Origin: Archaeoglobaceae archaeon
GTDB taxonomy: Archaea > Halobacteriota > Archaeoglobi > Archaeoglobales > Archaeoglobaceae
Reading direction: 5' to 3'
Assembly: GCA_046290005.1 (NCBI GenBank)
Contig: JBKBUO010000002.1
Coordinates: 1-43,338 of the forward strand
DNA: 43,338 bases
Part shown: positions 34,892 to 43,338 of the stretch, piece after piece
Numbering within the stretch: position 1 is the first letter of the stretch
Layout: the number at the start of each line of letters is the position of its first letter
Notes under the pieces: generated by a model
Database searches by the model: none
Seen by the model: only the letters and a program-made list of their open reading frames with translations
Told to the model about the DNA's origin: nothing
Made by a program: the position numbers and the translations under genes

Positions 34892-36544
34892 CTACTTGGA
34901 GTAGTAATCCCTATAGATTTCCCTCAGAGCTCTCTTGCTAAACTTTCCAACGCTTGTCTTTGGTATTTCTTCGACAAAGAGGATCTCGTCTGGTATCTGC
35001 CACTTCGCGAATCTCTTCATAAGATGTTCCTTGATCTCCTCTTTTGTTATCTTCTCTCTGTATTCAGGCTTTGGCACCACAATCGCAAGCGGTCTCTCCT
35101 GCCATTTGGGATGGGGGACTCCAATGACGCAAGCTTCGAAAACCTTAGGATGCGCCATTATGTAGTTCTCGAGGTCAACGCTACTTATCCATTCTCCACC
35201 GCTTTTTATCAAGTCTTTGAATCGATCCACTATTTTTATATATCCATTTGGATCTATTGTCGCTGCATCTCCGCTTCTCCACCACTTTCCAGTTTTATCT
35301 TCTATGAACGACTCAAACGTTCTCGGATCCCTGTAGTATTCCTCAATTACCCACGGACCACGGATGCAAAGCTCTCCAACTGTTTTTCCATCCCAAGGGA
35401 GCTCTTTTCCATTTTCATCCACGAGCTTTACTTCAACGCCAAAAACCGGAACTCCTTGTTTTCTCCTAATTTCCCACTTTTCTTCCTCTCCAAGTTCCTC
35501 AAGCTCTGGTTTTAGGAAATTGTAGCAAACGAGTGGACTCGTCTCTGTTGCGCCGTAAGCGTGGATTATTTCGATTCCAAACTCCTTCAATCCCTTTATC
35601 ATCGCCAACGGCGGTTCAGTAGCCCCACTAAAGGCTCTCATGTTGAACTTGGGTTTTGGATCCATCCTCTGAAGGTAGTTTAGAAGTGGTATGAAGATCG
35701 CTGGAGCTCCACCGGTAACGGTAACGTTTTCTTTCAACATCAGATCAACTATTGGCTTTAAATCGTCGAGCATGAATCTACCCGGAAAGACGAGCTTCGC
35801 ACCCGCAATCGTCGCTGCGAAAAATCCGCCCCAGCCCTGAGCGTGGAACATGGGAACGATTTGTAAATAAACGTCCCTACTACTTACGTTTTGGGCAGTT
35901 AAGATCGCTAGGGTGTGTAAGTAAATCGCTCTATGGGAGTAGTAAACGCCCTTTGGTTTACCGGTGGTTCCTGAAGTGTAACAAGCGAGGCATGCGGATC
36001 TTTCATCGATCACTGGGAACTCGTATCTCTCGTCTTGCTCTTTGAGCAAATCTTCATAGTTGAACGTCTCGAAGAAAGTCTCAGGTGGCTTTCCATCGCT
36101 CATCACAACAAACTTCGCCTTTACAGCATCTAAAAGCGGTATGGCGAGCGGAAGTAGGGATTCATCGATGAAGATTATCTTCGCTCCGCTGTGCTTCGCT
36201 ACGTAAGCCATTTCCTCAGGATGAAGCCGTAGATTCATCTCAAGCAAAACCGCACCGATTCCCGGAATTGCAAAGTAGAGCTCGTAGAATCTATGCGTGT
36301 TCCAGCTCAAAACTCCTATTCTATCCCCAACTCTCAAACCCAAACTTTCAAGAGCGTTTGCAAGCTTTGAAACCCTTTTAAAAGCTTCAGCGTAGTTGTA
36401 TCTGAACATCGTCCCATCTAAACGCCTTGAGGCTATCTCTCTGCTCGAAAAGAACTTTGCAGCGTGCCTCAGCATTTCTATTAAGTTGAGCTGGTAGTCG
36501 TCCATCATAGTCGAGGGAAAACCTCTTACTATCATCTCTCTCAC
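34892..36544 (-). CDS. Medium-chain-type AMP-forming acyl-CoA synthetase
   Basis: STMMDDYQLNL at the N-terminus, ACYTSGTTGKPKGV, WWRSGDAA, PKTSVGKFSKR. Confidence 0.85.
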   Translation of the reverse strand: MREMIVRGFPSTMMDDYQLNLIEMLRHAAKFFSSREIASRRLDGTMFRYNYAEAFKRVSKLANALESLGLRVGDRIGVLSWNTHRFYELYFAIPGIGAVLLEMNLRLHPEEMAYVAKHSGAKIIFIDESLLPLAIPLLDAVKAKFVVMSDGKPPETFFETFNYEDLLKEQDERYEFPVIDERSACLACYTSGTTGKPKGVYYSHRAIYLHTLAILTAQNVSSRDVYLQIVPMFHAQGWGGFFAATIAGAKLVFPGRFMLDDLKPIVDLMLKENVTVTGGAPAIFIPLLNYLQRMDPKPKFNMRAFSGATEPPLAMIKGLKEFGIEIIHAYGATETSPLVCYNFLKPELEELGEEEKWEIRRKQGVPVFGVEVKLVDENGKELPWDGKTVGELCIRGPWVIEEYYRDPRTFESFIEDKTGKWWRSGDAATIDPNGYIKIVDRFKDLIKSGGEWISSVDLENYIMAHPKVFEACVIGVPHPKWQERPLAIVVPKPEYREKITKEEIKEHLMKRFAKWQIPDEILFVEEIPKTSVGKFSKRALREIYRDYYSK

Positions 36545-36645
36545 CGAAAAATCGTTGTAATTTTAATTTATAAATTTTCTGTTGTGCTCGAAGTAGATGG
36601 GAGTTTTCCTCGGAACTCTTTCTCCCGGGGCAAATTTCAACCGAT

Positions 36646-37641
36646 TTAGCGCCAAACTTTAAAGGTGTAGGAGCCGATGAACATCCCAAAAAGAAGCCCT
36701 ATGGCATGAGCTAGGATGTTTACTAAAATGGATCCAACGACAAAATTGCTTGGGAAAAGAAAGTAAACAAATCCAAAGTATACGAGCATTGTTAAAGCGA
36801 GGAATACTACTCTTAGCTTCTCCTCTCTAGTTTCTGAAAAGCCATCTTTTGCAACAAGACCAAGGATAACTGTGGCTACGATGAACATGGCTAAGGGGAT
36901 GTAGGTCGACAAATTTTGATGAAAGTCAGCGTATTGAAAAGCGATTAGCGATGCGGTTAGTAAATATAGAGATAACCAGAGCCAGCATCTTTTATTTGGG
37001 TTTAAAGGTCCAAGGCATACAACAGACGCTGGAAGAAGAAGTCCTACTAAGGCGGAAACAAATGCTGAAAGCCCGCAAGATTGCGTGGAGGCAAAGTAGC
37101 GCATTAAAAAAAGAAAAAGAATTAGATTGCTAATCAGAGGTAATAGTATGAGCATCGAGATTAAACTGCAGAATAGTTCTTTTTCCTTTCTACAACACCA
37201 GCAAATTGCGTAAAGGAGTGCTCCAACTACGTTGAAACCGAGTATGTTCCCCAGAAGATGCGTTTCGTTGCCATGGACGAAGTTGGATGTGTAGTATTTT
37301 GCTATGGAAGCCAGATCAAGATTTTGGTAACTTGCAGACAACAAAGGCTTGAGTTCGGGTATGAAGAAGATCGAAACGCAGGCGACGTTTACGATAAGGA
37401 AGTAAAGAAGTATGAGACGTGCAAAGTTCACAGATCTTGTGCATCTCTGAAATATAAGTTTTCTTCCACTGAGTGGAGTCTTCGATATGAAAGCGGAGAA
37501 AGGAATTTTGTAAGAAGGTTTGTAGCGTCTTCGGGACGACCGATAGAGGACTCCTTTGCGAAATGTGAAAAATGCGCGTTGGTCAAAAAACAACCAATTG
37601 CGGTTTGCGAGACATCTGGCGCACTTGTCTGTGAAAAACAC
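36646..37641 (-). CDS. Rhomboid-family intramembrane serine protease; start uncertain
   Basis: HGNETHLLGN (the HxxxxHxxxN motif), GLSAF in the GxSxG position, and AHAIGLLFG in the final helix. The Arg/Cys-rich first ~70 aa may not be translated; an internal GTG is an alternative start. Confidence 0.55.
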   Translation of the reverse strand: MFFTDKCARCLANRNWLFFDQRAFFTFRKGVLYRSSRRRYKPSYKIPFSAFISKTPLSGRKLIFQRCTRSVNFARLILLYFLIVNVACVSIFFIPELKPLLSASYQNLDLASIAKYYTSNFVHGNETHLLGNILGFNVVGALLYAICWCCRKEKELFCSLISMLILLPLISNLILFLFLMRYFASTQSCGLSAFVSALVGLLLPASVVCLGPLNPNKRCWLWLSLYLLTASLIAFQYADFHQNLSTYIPLAMFIVATVILGLVAKDGFSETREEKLRVVFLALTMLVYFGFVYFLFPSNFVVGSILVNILAHAIGLLFGMFIGSYTFKVWR

Positions 37642-37707
37642 GCAGTAAATGATAATACTTGGGTTATTTGGTAAGTGAATAAGGTTGGATTCAGGTCTAA
37701 GAATTTT

Positions 37708-38443
37708 TCACGAAGCAACGGTCGATTTGAAGATCTGATAGAAAGAAACGGCGGTCAACATTTGGAAGGCGAAACCTATGGCTATGGATAGCATCGCAAT
37801 CCCACCAAAGCTCAAAGTAGCGATTCCCAAGGCTATGGGCAAGTTTTTCATACCCGAGGAGTATGTGATTGCAATTTTTTCTCTCTGCAAAATCGCGTGC
37901 TTATATACGCAACTGAGAACATGGGGGAATAGAATACAAGTAGAAACGAGCAAGGGTGCAAGTATCTGTAAATTCTTCACGATTACAGGGACAGTTGTAT
38001 TTATAGCCATAAACATCAGGAGCATCGCAATCGTTGCTGAGATAGCCGGCATTGCTGGAACGTAATTCTTTATATCTCTTTCTTTCTGCAATTTCCCTCA
38101 ACGCAATTCCGCCGAGTAGAGGCGAGAGAACTGTGTATATGAAGGTTTTGAACATCTCAATGGAATCGATCGTTACAAAAAGTCCTGCGAAAGCGAGCAT
38201 GAGAAATGGTATTAGAAAAGGTGCTGAGATCATCGTAGCCACTTCGATTACGGAGACAATCGAAACGTCGCCTTCGAGTAATCCAGTCCAAACGAGCGCC
38301 ATGCCGGCGCATGGGACAACGCTAACCAAAATCAAGCCAACAGCGACGTCTGGATAATTTGAAAGGAGCAATAAAGCGATGATCCAGCAGATAGGTGGTG
38401 AGAAGAGGAAGTTCAGCAGCATCCCCAAAGATGTCATCTCCAA
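37708..38443 (-). pseudogene. ACR3/BASS-family transporter, frameshifted and N-terminally truncated
   Basis: Two overlapping ORFs (37901-38443 and 37708-38091) in different frames together give about 245 aa. VVPCAGMALVWTGLLEGD resembles the ACR3 CxAMVxVW..GD motif. The frames switch within gcagaaagaaagagatataaag, at about 38065-38095. Confidence 0.55.
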
Positions 38444-38495
38444 TCCTTAACAGCCATTCCGAGTCTTTGGAACGTTATCGTGAACCCCTAACTGT

Positions 38496-38929
38496 TCATT
38501 CTTCCATGATCGCTTTTATTATCAGTTCCTTAGCCTTCTCTACGTCTTCTTGCGAAATGTGTTTCTCAACACCCAAACCTTTTCCAATGTCGGTGTGCAG
38601 AGCCACTTTTTTATTCCAATGTCTCGAACAAGCACGATGCTTTTCGTTATTTTGAAGTCAGCATTTTCTACGGTTTTCTTAGCACGCTCGAAGGGATGGC
38701 TGTTCACGGTTATTATTTTCTTCGCAACTTTTGTTTTTCCAAACGCCGGCTTTACACCCAAGGGCACTGCAGCCAAACAGCCAATCGCCACTTTTTCCAA
38801 CCCGAGCTCCTTAACAACTTCTAAGCAAGCCAAGACGCTTGTTATACCTGTGTTTGAAAAACCACCAAAACACGAGAATATCACGTTTTCGTGTGTTTGC
38901 ATCCCTTCTCGCCATTCTCCTTCTGCCAT
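38496..38929 (-). pseudogene. DGC-domain (putative Zn-binding) protein, frameshifted at an A6 run and with degenerate Cys ligands
   Basis: VIFSCFGGFSNTG and IGCLAAV match the DGC family, but the eponymous DGCP..C segment reads NSHPFER. After the aaaaaa run (plus-strand T6 at 38607-38612) a protein-like tail VALHTDIGKGLGVEKHISQEDVEKAKELIIKAIMEE continues in another frame to a stop at 38496. Confidence 0.45.
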
Positions 38930-39039
38930 TTTCTCACCTACATAGCTTTTTTAACGCTCTTTATAAGCTTCGTTATTTTTACGACTTCTTTATCGATTAG
39001 TAGTTTATTTTTTAAACTAAAAAAGCAAAAAAGGAAAGT

Positions 39040-39786
39040 CTATCGGCTATCAAAAAGCAAGTCTTTTGCAAGCAACGCTGAACCTTTTGCAACAGCATAG
39101 TCGTCTTTTATCACCTTGAACTCTGGTTTAAAAACATCTGGAATAAGCTTAGAAATCTCCTCGGAGAGCACATTCTCTTTTAACCTTCCACCAATTCTAC
39201 CACCGAAGGTGACAATTTCAGGATTCAAAAGCATTATCGCCGTAGAAACTGCGACGCAAAAAAGCTTAAAACCCTTTGTTTCATATATGGAGTCGTTTTC
39301 GAGCATTTCTTTTATGTTTTTGATCGCCCAACCGCCGAAGTAGCACTCCAAATGCCCATAGCCACCGCACTTACACTTCTTTCTTCCCCCAACGTAAGAA
39401 TGTCCAAGTTCTCCAGCCAATCCATCGCCACGGTAGATCTTGCCATCGATAACGATTCCGGTGCCAATTCCTGTGCCAACTGTGAGAGATAAGACGTTCT
39501 TTTTCCCAGTGACCTTTGCGGAATAATAGGCAAAGCAGTTCGCATCGTTATCTACGATCTTGGGCTTTTTTGTTTCGACGTTCGGGATTCTCTCGAGATT
39601 CGGAGCTTTAACGAATTTTCCTTTTTTGAGCCAAACTGCAATTCCAACGCCAACTGCGTCGTATTCGAGGTCTATTTTGTTCAAATCGAAATCTTTTGTC
39701 TTGAAGCTTCCAAAAACTTCGAAGTTTCCATTCTCCAACAGAACAACATCTGTGTTCGTCCCACCTACGTCGACGCCGAGGATCAT
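39040..39786 (-). CDS. ROK-family sugar kinase
   Basis: ILGVDVGGTNTD, LTVGTGIGTGIVIDGKIYRGDGLAGELGH and the Zn motif CKCGGYGHLECY. Confidence 0.8.
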   Translation of the reverse strand: MILGVDVGGTNTDVVLLENGNFEVFGSFKTKDFDLNKIDLEYDAVGVGIAVWLKKGKFVKAPNLERIPNVETKKPKIVDNDANCFAYYSAKVTGKKNVLSLTVGTGIGTGIVIDGKIYRGDGLAGELGHSYVGGRKKCKCGGYGHLECYFGGWAIKNIKEMLENDSIYETKGFKLFCVAVSTAIMLLNPEIVTFGGRIGGRLKENVLSEEISKLIPDVFKPEFKVIKDDYAVAKGSALLAKDLLFDSR

Positions 39787-39897
39787 GTTGGAAGTCTTTT
39801 CCGAACTTAAAAACTAATTGGCATAAAACTACCTATTTTTTTAATACTAAGTAACACCAAAAGAAAGGTTTATCAATAGAGAGTCATCAAAGGCGTT

Positions 39898-40791
39898 ATG
39901 CACATCCCAGATGGATACTTGGATTTGACGATTGCAACAACGTTTTTCGTATTGACCATCGCAGTTCTAGGATACTCTTTGCTGAGGTTGAAAAAAGAGA
40001 AATTAACAGCTCTTTTCGGAATCGTTTCTGCTGCGATTTTCGCTGCGCAGATGCTCAACTGGCCAATTCCCGGCGGAACTTCAGCCCACTTCGTAGGGGG
40101 TAGCTTAGCGGGAATACTTCTTGGTCCATTCGCGGGTTGCGTTTCCATGGCAATAGTTGTTACGATCCAAACTCTTGTTTTCAACGACGGGGGAATAACA
40201 GCGTGGGGTGCAAACGTTTGGAACATGGCTATAGTTAACGTATTCGTTGGTTATTATGTTTACAAAGCTCTACAGAAGTTCAAAAAGACGTTCGCATCAT
40301 TCTTAGCGGGTTGGATTGGGGTAACGATTGCAGCGATCTTCGTTGGTATCGAAGTTGGACTATCTACAAGCTTTGCCTACGGCTTAGGCGTTACGGTTCC
40401 AGTTATGGGTATTTGGCATGCGATTCTTGGAATCGTTGAGGGAATAATAACCGCGGGAGTCGTTGGTTACATCGCAACTCGTCGCGCTGATCTGCTGGAG
40501 AAAAAAGAAGTAGGGAAGATCTCATATGCTGTAATAGGTCTGATGATATTGCTTTCGCCAATCTTTGCCTATCTCGCAGAAAAAGTCGACTACTCTGAAC
40601 CGCTGGAGAACGCAGCAGAAATCCTTGGACTCGAAGAGATAACGATAAACTCGGGAATATTTCCAGACTACACGATTCCCGGACTCGATCCATACATCGG
40701 GACGCTTTTGAGTGGTGCGATTGGTGTCTTAATCGTTTTTCTGCTTTCTTTCATAGTGAAGTATGCACGTTCTTCTCGAAAGAACGCTTAA
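39898..40791 (+). CDS. cbiM: ECF-type cobalt/nickel transporter substrate component CbiM/NikM with a C-terminal PDGLE-like extension
   Basis: The N-terminal MHIPDGYL metal-binding signature, multiple TM helices, and a C-terminal SEPLENAAEILGLEE segment plus one further TM helix. Confidence 0.8.
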   Translation: MHIPDGYLDLTIATTFFVLTIAVLGYSLLRLKKEKLTALFGIVSAAIFAAQMLNWPIPGGTSAHFVGGSLAGILLGPFAGCVSMAIVVTIQTLVFNDGGITAWGANVWNMAIVNVFVGYYVYKALQKFKKTFASFLAGWIGVTIAAIFVGIEVGLSTSFAYGLGVTVPVMGIWHAILGIVEGIITAGVVGYIATRRADLLEKKEVGKISYAVIGLMILLSPIFAYLAEKVDYSEPLENAAEILGLEEITINSGIFPDYTIPGLDPYIGTLLSGAIGVLIVFLLSFIVKYARSSRKNA

Positions 40792-41494
40792 AAACGCGTC
40801 ATCGTATTTCCAAAATTTTTTTGTTCACGAATATAAATCAGGAGGAGTTATATACGAAGTTGACGCACGAATAAAGTTCATCTCGACGATAATTTTTGTT
40901 TTGCTCGCCGTCTCGACTTTTGAACCGATCAAGCTATTTTTTTTACTTTTTTCTCTACTTGTAATTATAAAAATACTTGGTCTAAGTCTTAAAAGACTTT
41001 TGCAGAGGGTTTGGTTGTTTACGATTTTTTCTCTAATCGTCGTCTCGCCTTTCCTACTTTTTGATCCGAAGTATCCTCTTCTCTTCAGCCTTCGTGTTCT
41101 CATATCTCTGATCGCAGTCCAAATGCTTGTGATGAGCACGAACTTTTACGAGCTTTGCTCTGCGCTTCGATCTTTTCGAGTTCCAGAAACCTTCGTTCAT
41201 GCGCTTTGGATAGCTTATCGCTACGTGATACTCTTGTTCCAAGATATAGTCAACATACTGCTTGCGAGGGAGAGCAGGAGGGTTGCGAGAACGAGCCACA
41301 GAGAAATCTGGAGAAAGGGAGGAGAAGCGGTTGCCCTCTTCTTTCTTCGAAGTATTGAAAGATCGGAAAGACTACAGCTTGCCATAGTTTCCCGGGGAGA
41401 AAAGATAGTCACCCAAAAGACAAAGTTCGGAAGTCTTGAAATCTCTTATATAGCGATCACAGCATTCATACTTCTGTGGTGGATTTCGCTGTAG
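40763..41494 (+). CDS. cbiQ: ECF transporter transmembrane (T) component CbiQ
   Basis: VDARIKFIST..., a hydrophobic body, and ARESRRV in the conserved cytoplasmic loop. It sits between cbiM and the ATPase. The start is uncertain. Confidence 0.7.
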   Translation: MHVLLERTLKNASSYFQNFFVHEYKSGGVIYEVDARIKFISTIIFVLLAVSTFEPIKLFFLLFSLLVIIKILGLSLKRLLQRVWLFTIFSLIVVSPFLLFDPKYPLLFSLRVLISLIAVQMLVMSTNFYELCSALRSFRVPETFVHALWIAYRYVILLFQDIVNILLARESRRVARTSHREIWRKGGEAVALFFLRSIERSERLQLAIVSRGEKIVTQKTKFGSLEISYIAITAFILLWWISL

Positions 41495-42171
41495 TTGCAA
41501 GGGGCGTAAGCTATCGCTACCCCGACGGAAGCATAGGTGTCGAGAACGCCGATTTGATCATATCGAGGGGAGAAAGAGTTGCGATAGTTGGAGAGAATGG
41601 CAGTGGAAAGTCTACGCTGATCTTTCTTCTCTCAGGACTTTTGAAACCGAGCAAAGGAGAAGTCAAGATCTTGGGATTCCCGAACAAGGAGATCGAGGAG
41701 ATAAGGCGCAGAGTTGGTGTAGTTTTTCAGAATCCTGATGATTTCCTGTTCAACCCGACTGTCAGAGATGAGCTCCTCTACGTTCCAAGACAGCTGGAGA
41801 TGAGCAAGGAGGAGATGGAGAGAATTGTTCAGGAATTCTCCGAAATTTTTGGATTAAAGGACGTGCTTCACAAACCACCTTTTAGACTCAGTGGAGGAGA
41901 GAAAAAGAAAGTGGAGATTGCGAGCGTTCTCGTTTACAAGCCAGAGATTATTTTTCTTGACGAACCAACCGCAAACGTTGATGCTAAGACAAGAAGGATA
42001 ATCAAGGAGATCATAAAGGGCTACGATGGCACAGTAGTCGTGGCAACGCATGAGATCGACGTCGCAAAATTGTGCGAAAGAGTTTTAGTGATGAAAAAAG
42101 GTAAAATTATTGCGGATTCGAGTTTTACTTCGATCGACCAAGGGATTCTTTGGGAAGCGGGCGTCATTTAG
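41476..42171 (+). CDS. cbiO: ECF transporter ATPase component CbiO
   Basis: Walker A GENGSGKST, ABC signature LSGGEKKK, Walker B IIFLDEPT, H-loop ATHE. Confidence 0.85.
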   Translation: MVDFAVVARGVSYRYPDGSIGVENADLIISRGERVAIVGENGSGKSTLIFLLSGLLKPSKGEVKILGFPNKEIEEIRRRVGVVFQNPDDFLFNPTVRDELLYVPRQLEMSKEEMERIVQEFSEIFGLKDVLHKPPFRLSGGEKKKVEIASVLVYKPEIIFLDEPTANVDAKTRRIIKEIIKGYDGTVVVATHEIDVAKLCERVLVMKKGKIIADSSFTSIDQGILWEAGVI

Positions 42172-43129
42172 GAAAGTAACGTGTCATATCGTCGACCTCT
42201 TTTCTGAGCTCTCCCTTTAAGACTAAGTGCTCTAAATGAGCAATCGTTTCACCGACAGCAAACCATTTCTGTATCGTTGGCAAGTCTTCCCAGTTCTCGT
42301 AGACGAGATCCCAAGTGATTTGTTGTGCAACCTTCCATGCACTCGTGGAGCCTTTTTTAACTGCACTCAACGCTTCTTCAAGCCTTTTCTTGTGGTGTTC
42401 TTTCAGCTCATCGATCCTCTTCCTGTGACTACCATAGAAGTTCCTGTGTCCGGGAAGCGTTTTTCTCACCTCGAGCTCGTAAGCTTTTTCGAGACTCCGC
42501 AAGTAATCCCCGAGAGAATCCTCCATCGTTTCCCAGAACGTGATGTTAGGGGTTATATCGAATAGAATATGGTCTCCTGAGAATAGAATTTTTCTATCGG
42601 CGTCGTATAGGCAAATGTGTCCCGGTGTGTGTCCCGGAGTTGATATTACCCCCAAAGAAAAGTTTCCATAGTTCAAGGTCTCTCCATCTTCAAGAAAGAC
42701 GATCTCACCGCTGAATTCTGAAGTATACTTCACTGCAGGATGGATCTTTGTAACCTTTTTAGCTTCTTTTTCAGGAAAACCGTTTCTGATGTATATTTCT
42801 GCAAGTTCTTTCCAGTAATCTGGCTCGAGAACACTTTTTACAGCGATCTCTGCATCGATCTTACTCATAAAAAAGTTCTTCGCAATTTTTCCAGCGAGTC
42901 CAAGGTGGTCTGCGTGCAAATGCGTCGCCAAGACATCAACTTTTTTCGGCTCAATCCCGAGCTCTTCCAACCCTCTGCGAAGTTGCGAGTAACATTCTTC
43001 CATGTTGAAACCTGTATCGATGACGAGTGATCTTTTCCCTACGATCACGTAGGAGTTCAGAGATTTAAGTGGATTTCTCGGCAAGGGGACTTGAATTCTA
43101 TAAAGACCTTCTTCGATTTTTTCGATCAT
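42164..43129 (-). CDS. MBL-fold metallo-hydrolase
   Basis: The HLHADHLG (HxHxDH) motif, TPGHTPGH and SGDH. Its ATG overlaps the stop of the upstream MaoC-like gene (ATGA). Confidence 0.75.
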   Translation of the reverse strand: MIEKIEEGLYRIQVPLPRNPLKSLNSYVIVGKRSLVIDTGFNMEECYSQLRRGLEELGIEPKKVDVLATHLHADHLGLAGKIAKNFFMSKIDAEIAVKSVLEPDYWKELAEIYIRNGFPEKEAKKVTKIHPAVKYTSEFSGEIVFLEDGETLNYGNFSLGVISTPGHTPGHICLYDADRKILFSGDHILFDITPNITFWETMEDSLGDYLRSLEKAYELEVRKTLPGHRNFYGSHRKRIDELKEHHKKRLEEALSAVKKGSTSAWKVAQQITWDLVYENWEDLPTIQKWFAVGETIAHLEHLVLKGELRKEVDDMTRYFPK

Positions 43130-43338
43130 ACTCTCTTTTTTACAGCGGTTTTAAATGTTGCAACGAGCACAGTTTCGTTTCTTTGATTCAAGGCGGTGAT
43201 TTTAAAGGCAACGACTCCATAATCTCCCTTGTCTTCCTTTTCCTCGACTTCTAAAATCGCTTTTATCGTGTCTCCTATGAAAACTGGGTTTGTGAAGCGC
43301 AGTTTATCGATACCGTAGAAGGCTATTAGGCTGTCTTC
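43126..43338 (-). CDS. MaoC-like enoyl-CoA hydratase paralogue, C-terminal part; the 5' end lies outside the window
   Basis: The minus-strand translation LIAFYGIDKLRFTNPVFIGDTIKAILEVEEKEDKGDYGVV... is closely similar to residues of the MaoC protein at 21964-22407 (IIAFYGIDKLRFTNPVFIGDTIKAVAKVTEKEDRRAYGVV). Confidence 0.75.
   Translation of the reverse strand, partial: EDSLIAFYGIDKLRFTNPVFIGDTIKAILEVEEKEDKGDYGVVAFKITALNQRNETVLVATFKTAVKKRV

Noticed and set aside
37258-37674. A 138-aa plus-strand ORF with several Cys pairs opposite the rhomboid gene 5' region.
   Set aside because: It is antisense to the rhomboid frame, which has the diagnostic motifs. There is no promoter or RBS context. It does, however, flag that the first ~70 codons of the rhomboid call are uncertain.
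1-43338. A CRISPR array, cas genes, transposases, IS elements or an intact integrase.
   Set aside because: Reading both strands, I saw no spaced identical repeats and no DDE/HUH transposase or tyrosine/serine recombinase motifs. The only mobile-element trace is the tRNA att-like duplication.

Overview
The window looks like an archaeal chromosome segment. Supporting features are an archaeal-type PEP carboxylase, AT-rich TATA/BRE-style promoters, a tRNA without encoded CCA, an HTH_10 regulator and thiolase-fold genes paired with DUF35 genes. The gene content resembles Archaeoglobales, but I cannot verify that here. I call about 43 genes, one tRNA and no CRISPR array.

The core, about 5.4-36.5 kb, is a roughly 31 kb acyl-CoA catabolic island. 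It contains:
- a Na+/solute symporter;
- two family-III CoA-transferase paralogues, one of which lacks the catalytic Asp;
- an acetone-carboxylase-type alpha/beta/gamma ketone carboxylase;
- five AMP-forming acyl-CoA ligases;
- a MaoC hydratase, an acyl-CoA dehydrogenase (ACAD) with an isovaleryl-CoA-dehydrogenase (IVD)-type catalytic base, and a fused 3-hydroxyacyl-CoA dehydrogenase/enoyl-CoA hydratase (HACD-ECH);
- two operons encoding heteropairs of thiolase-fold proteins with DUF35 partners. All four thiolase-fold proteins have the canonical thiolase Cys/His/Cys residues substituted.

Four plus-strand operons in the island share a near-identical promoter cassette, a TATA box followed by TGCTCAT, which suggests one regulon.

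My main candidate for a new system is a hydratase / Cys-less thiolase-fold retro-aldolase / ketone carboxylase route for beta-branched or ketone-yielding acyl-CoAs. This is an inference, not a demonstrated function.

The flanks contain:
- a translationally coupled beta-CASP RNase, CARF-like protein and PIN nuclease;
- a tRNA-Met(CAU) with a 38-bp duplicated 3' half bracketing a ~0.9 kb relic insertion;
- a PEP carboxylase whose N-terminal motif sits out of frame;
- decayed ACR3-like and DGC-domain genes;
- a rhomboid protease, a ROK kinase, cbiMQO and an MBL hydrolase.
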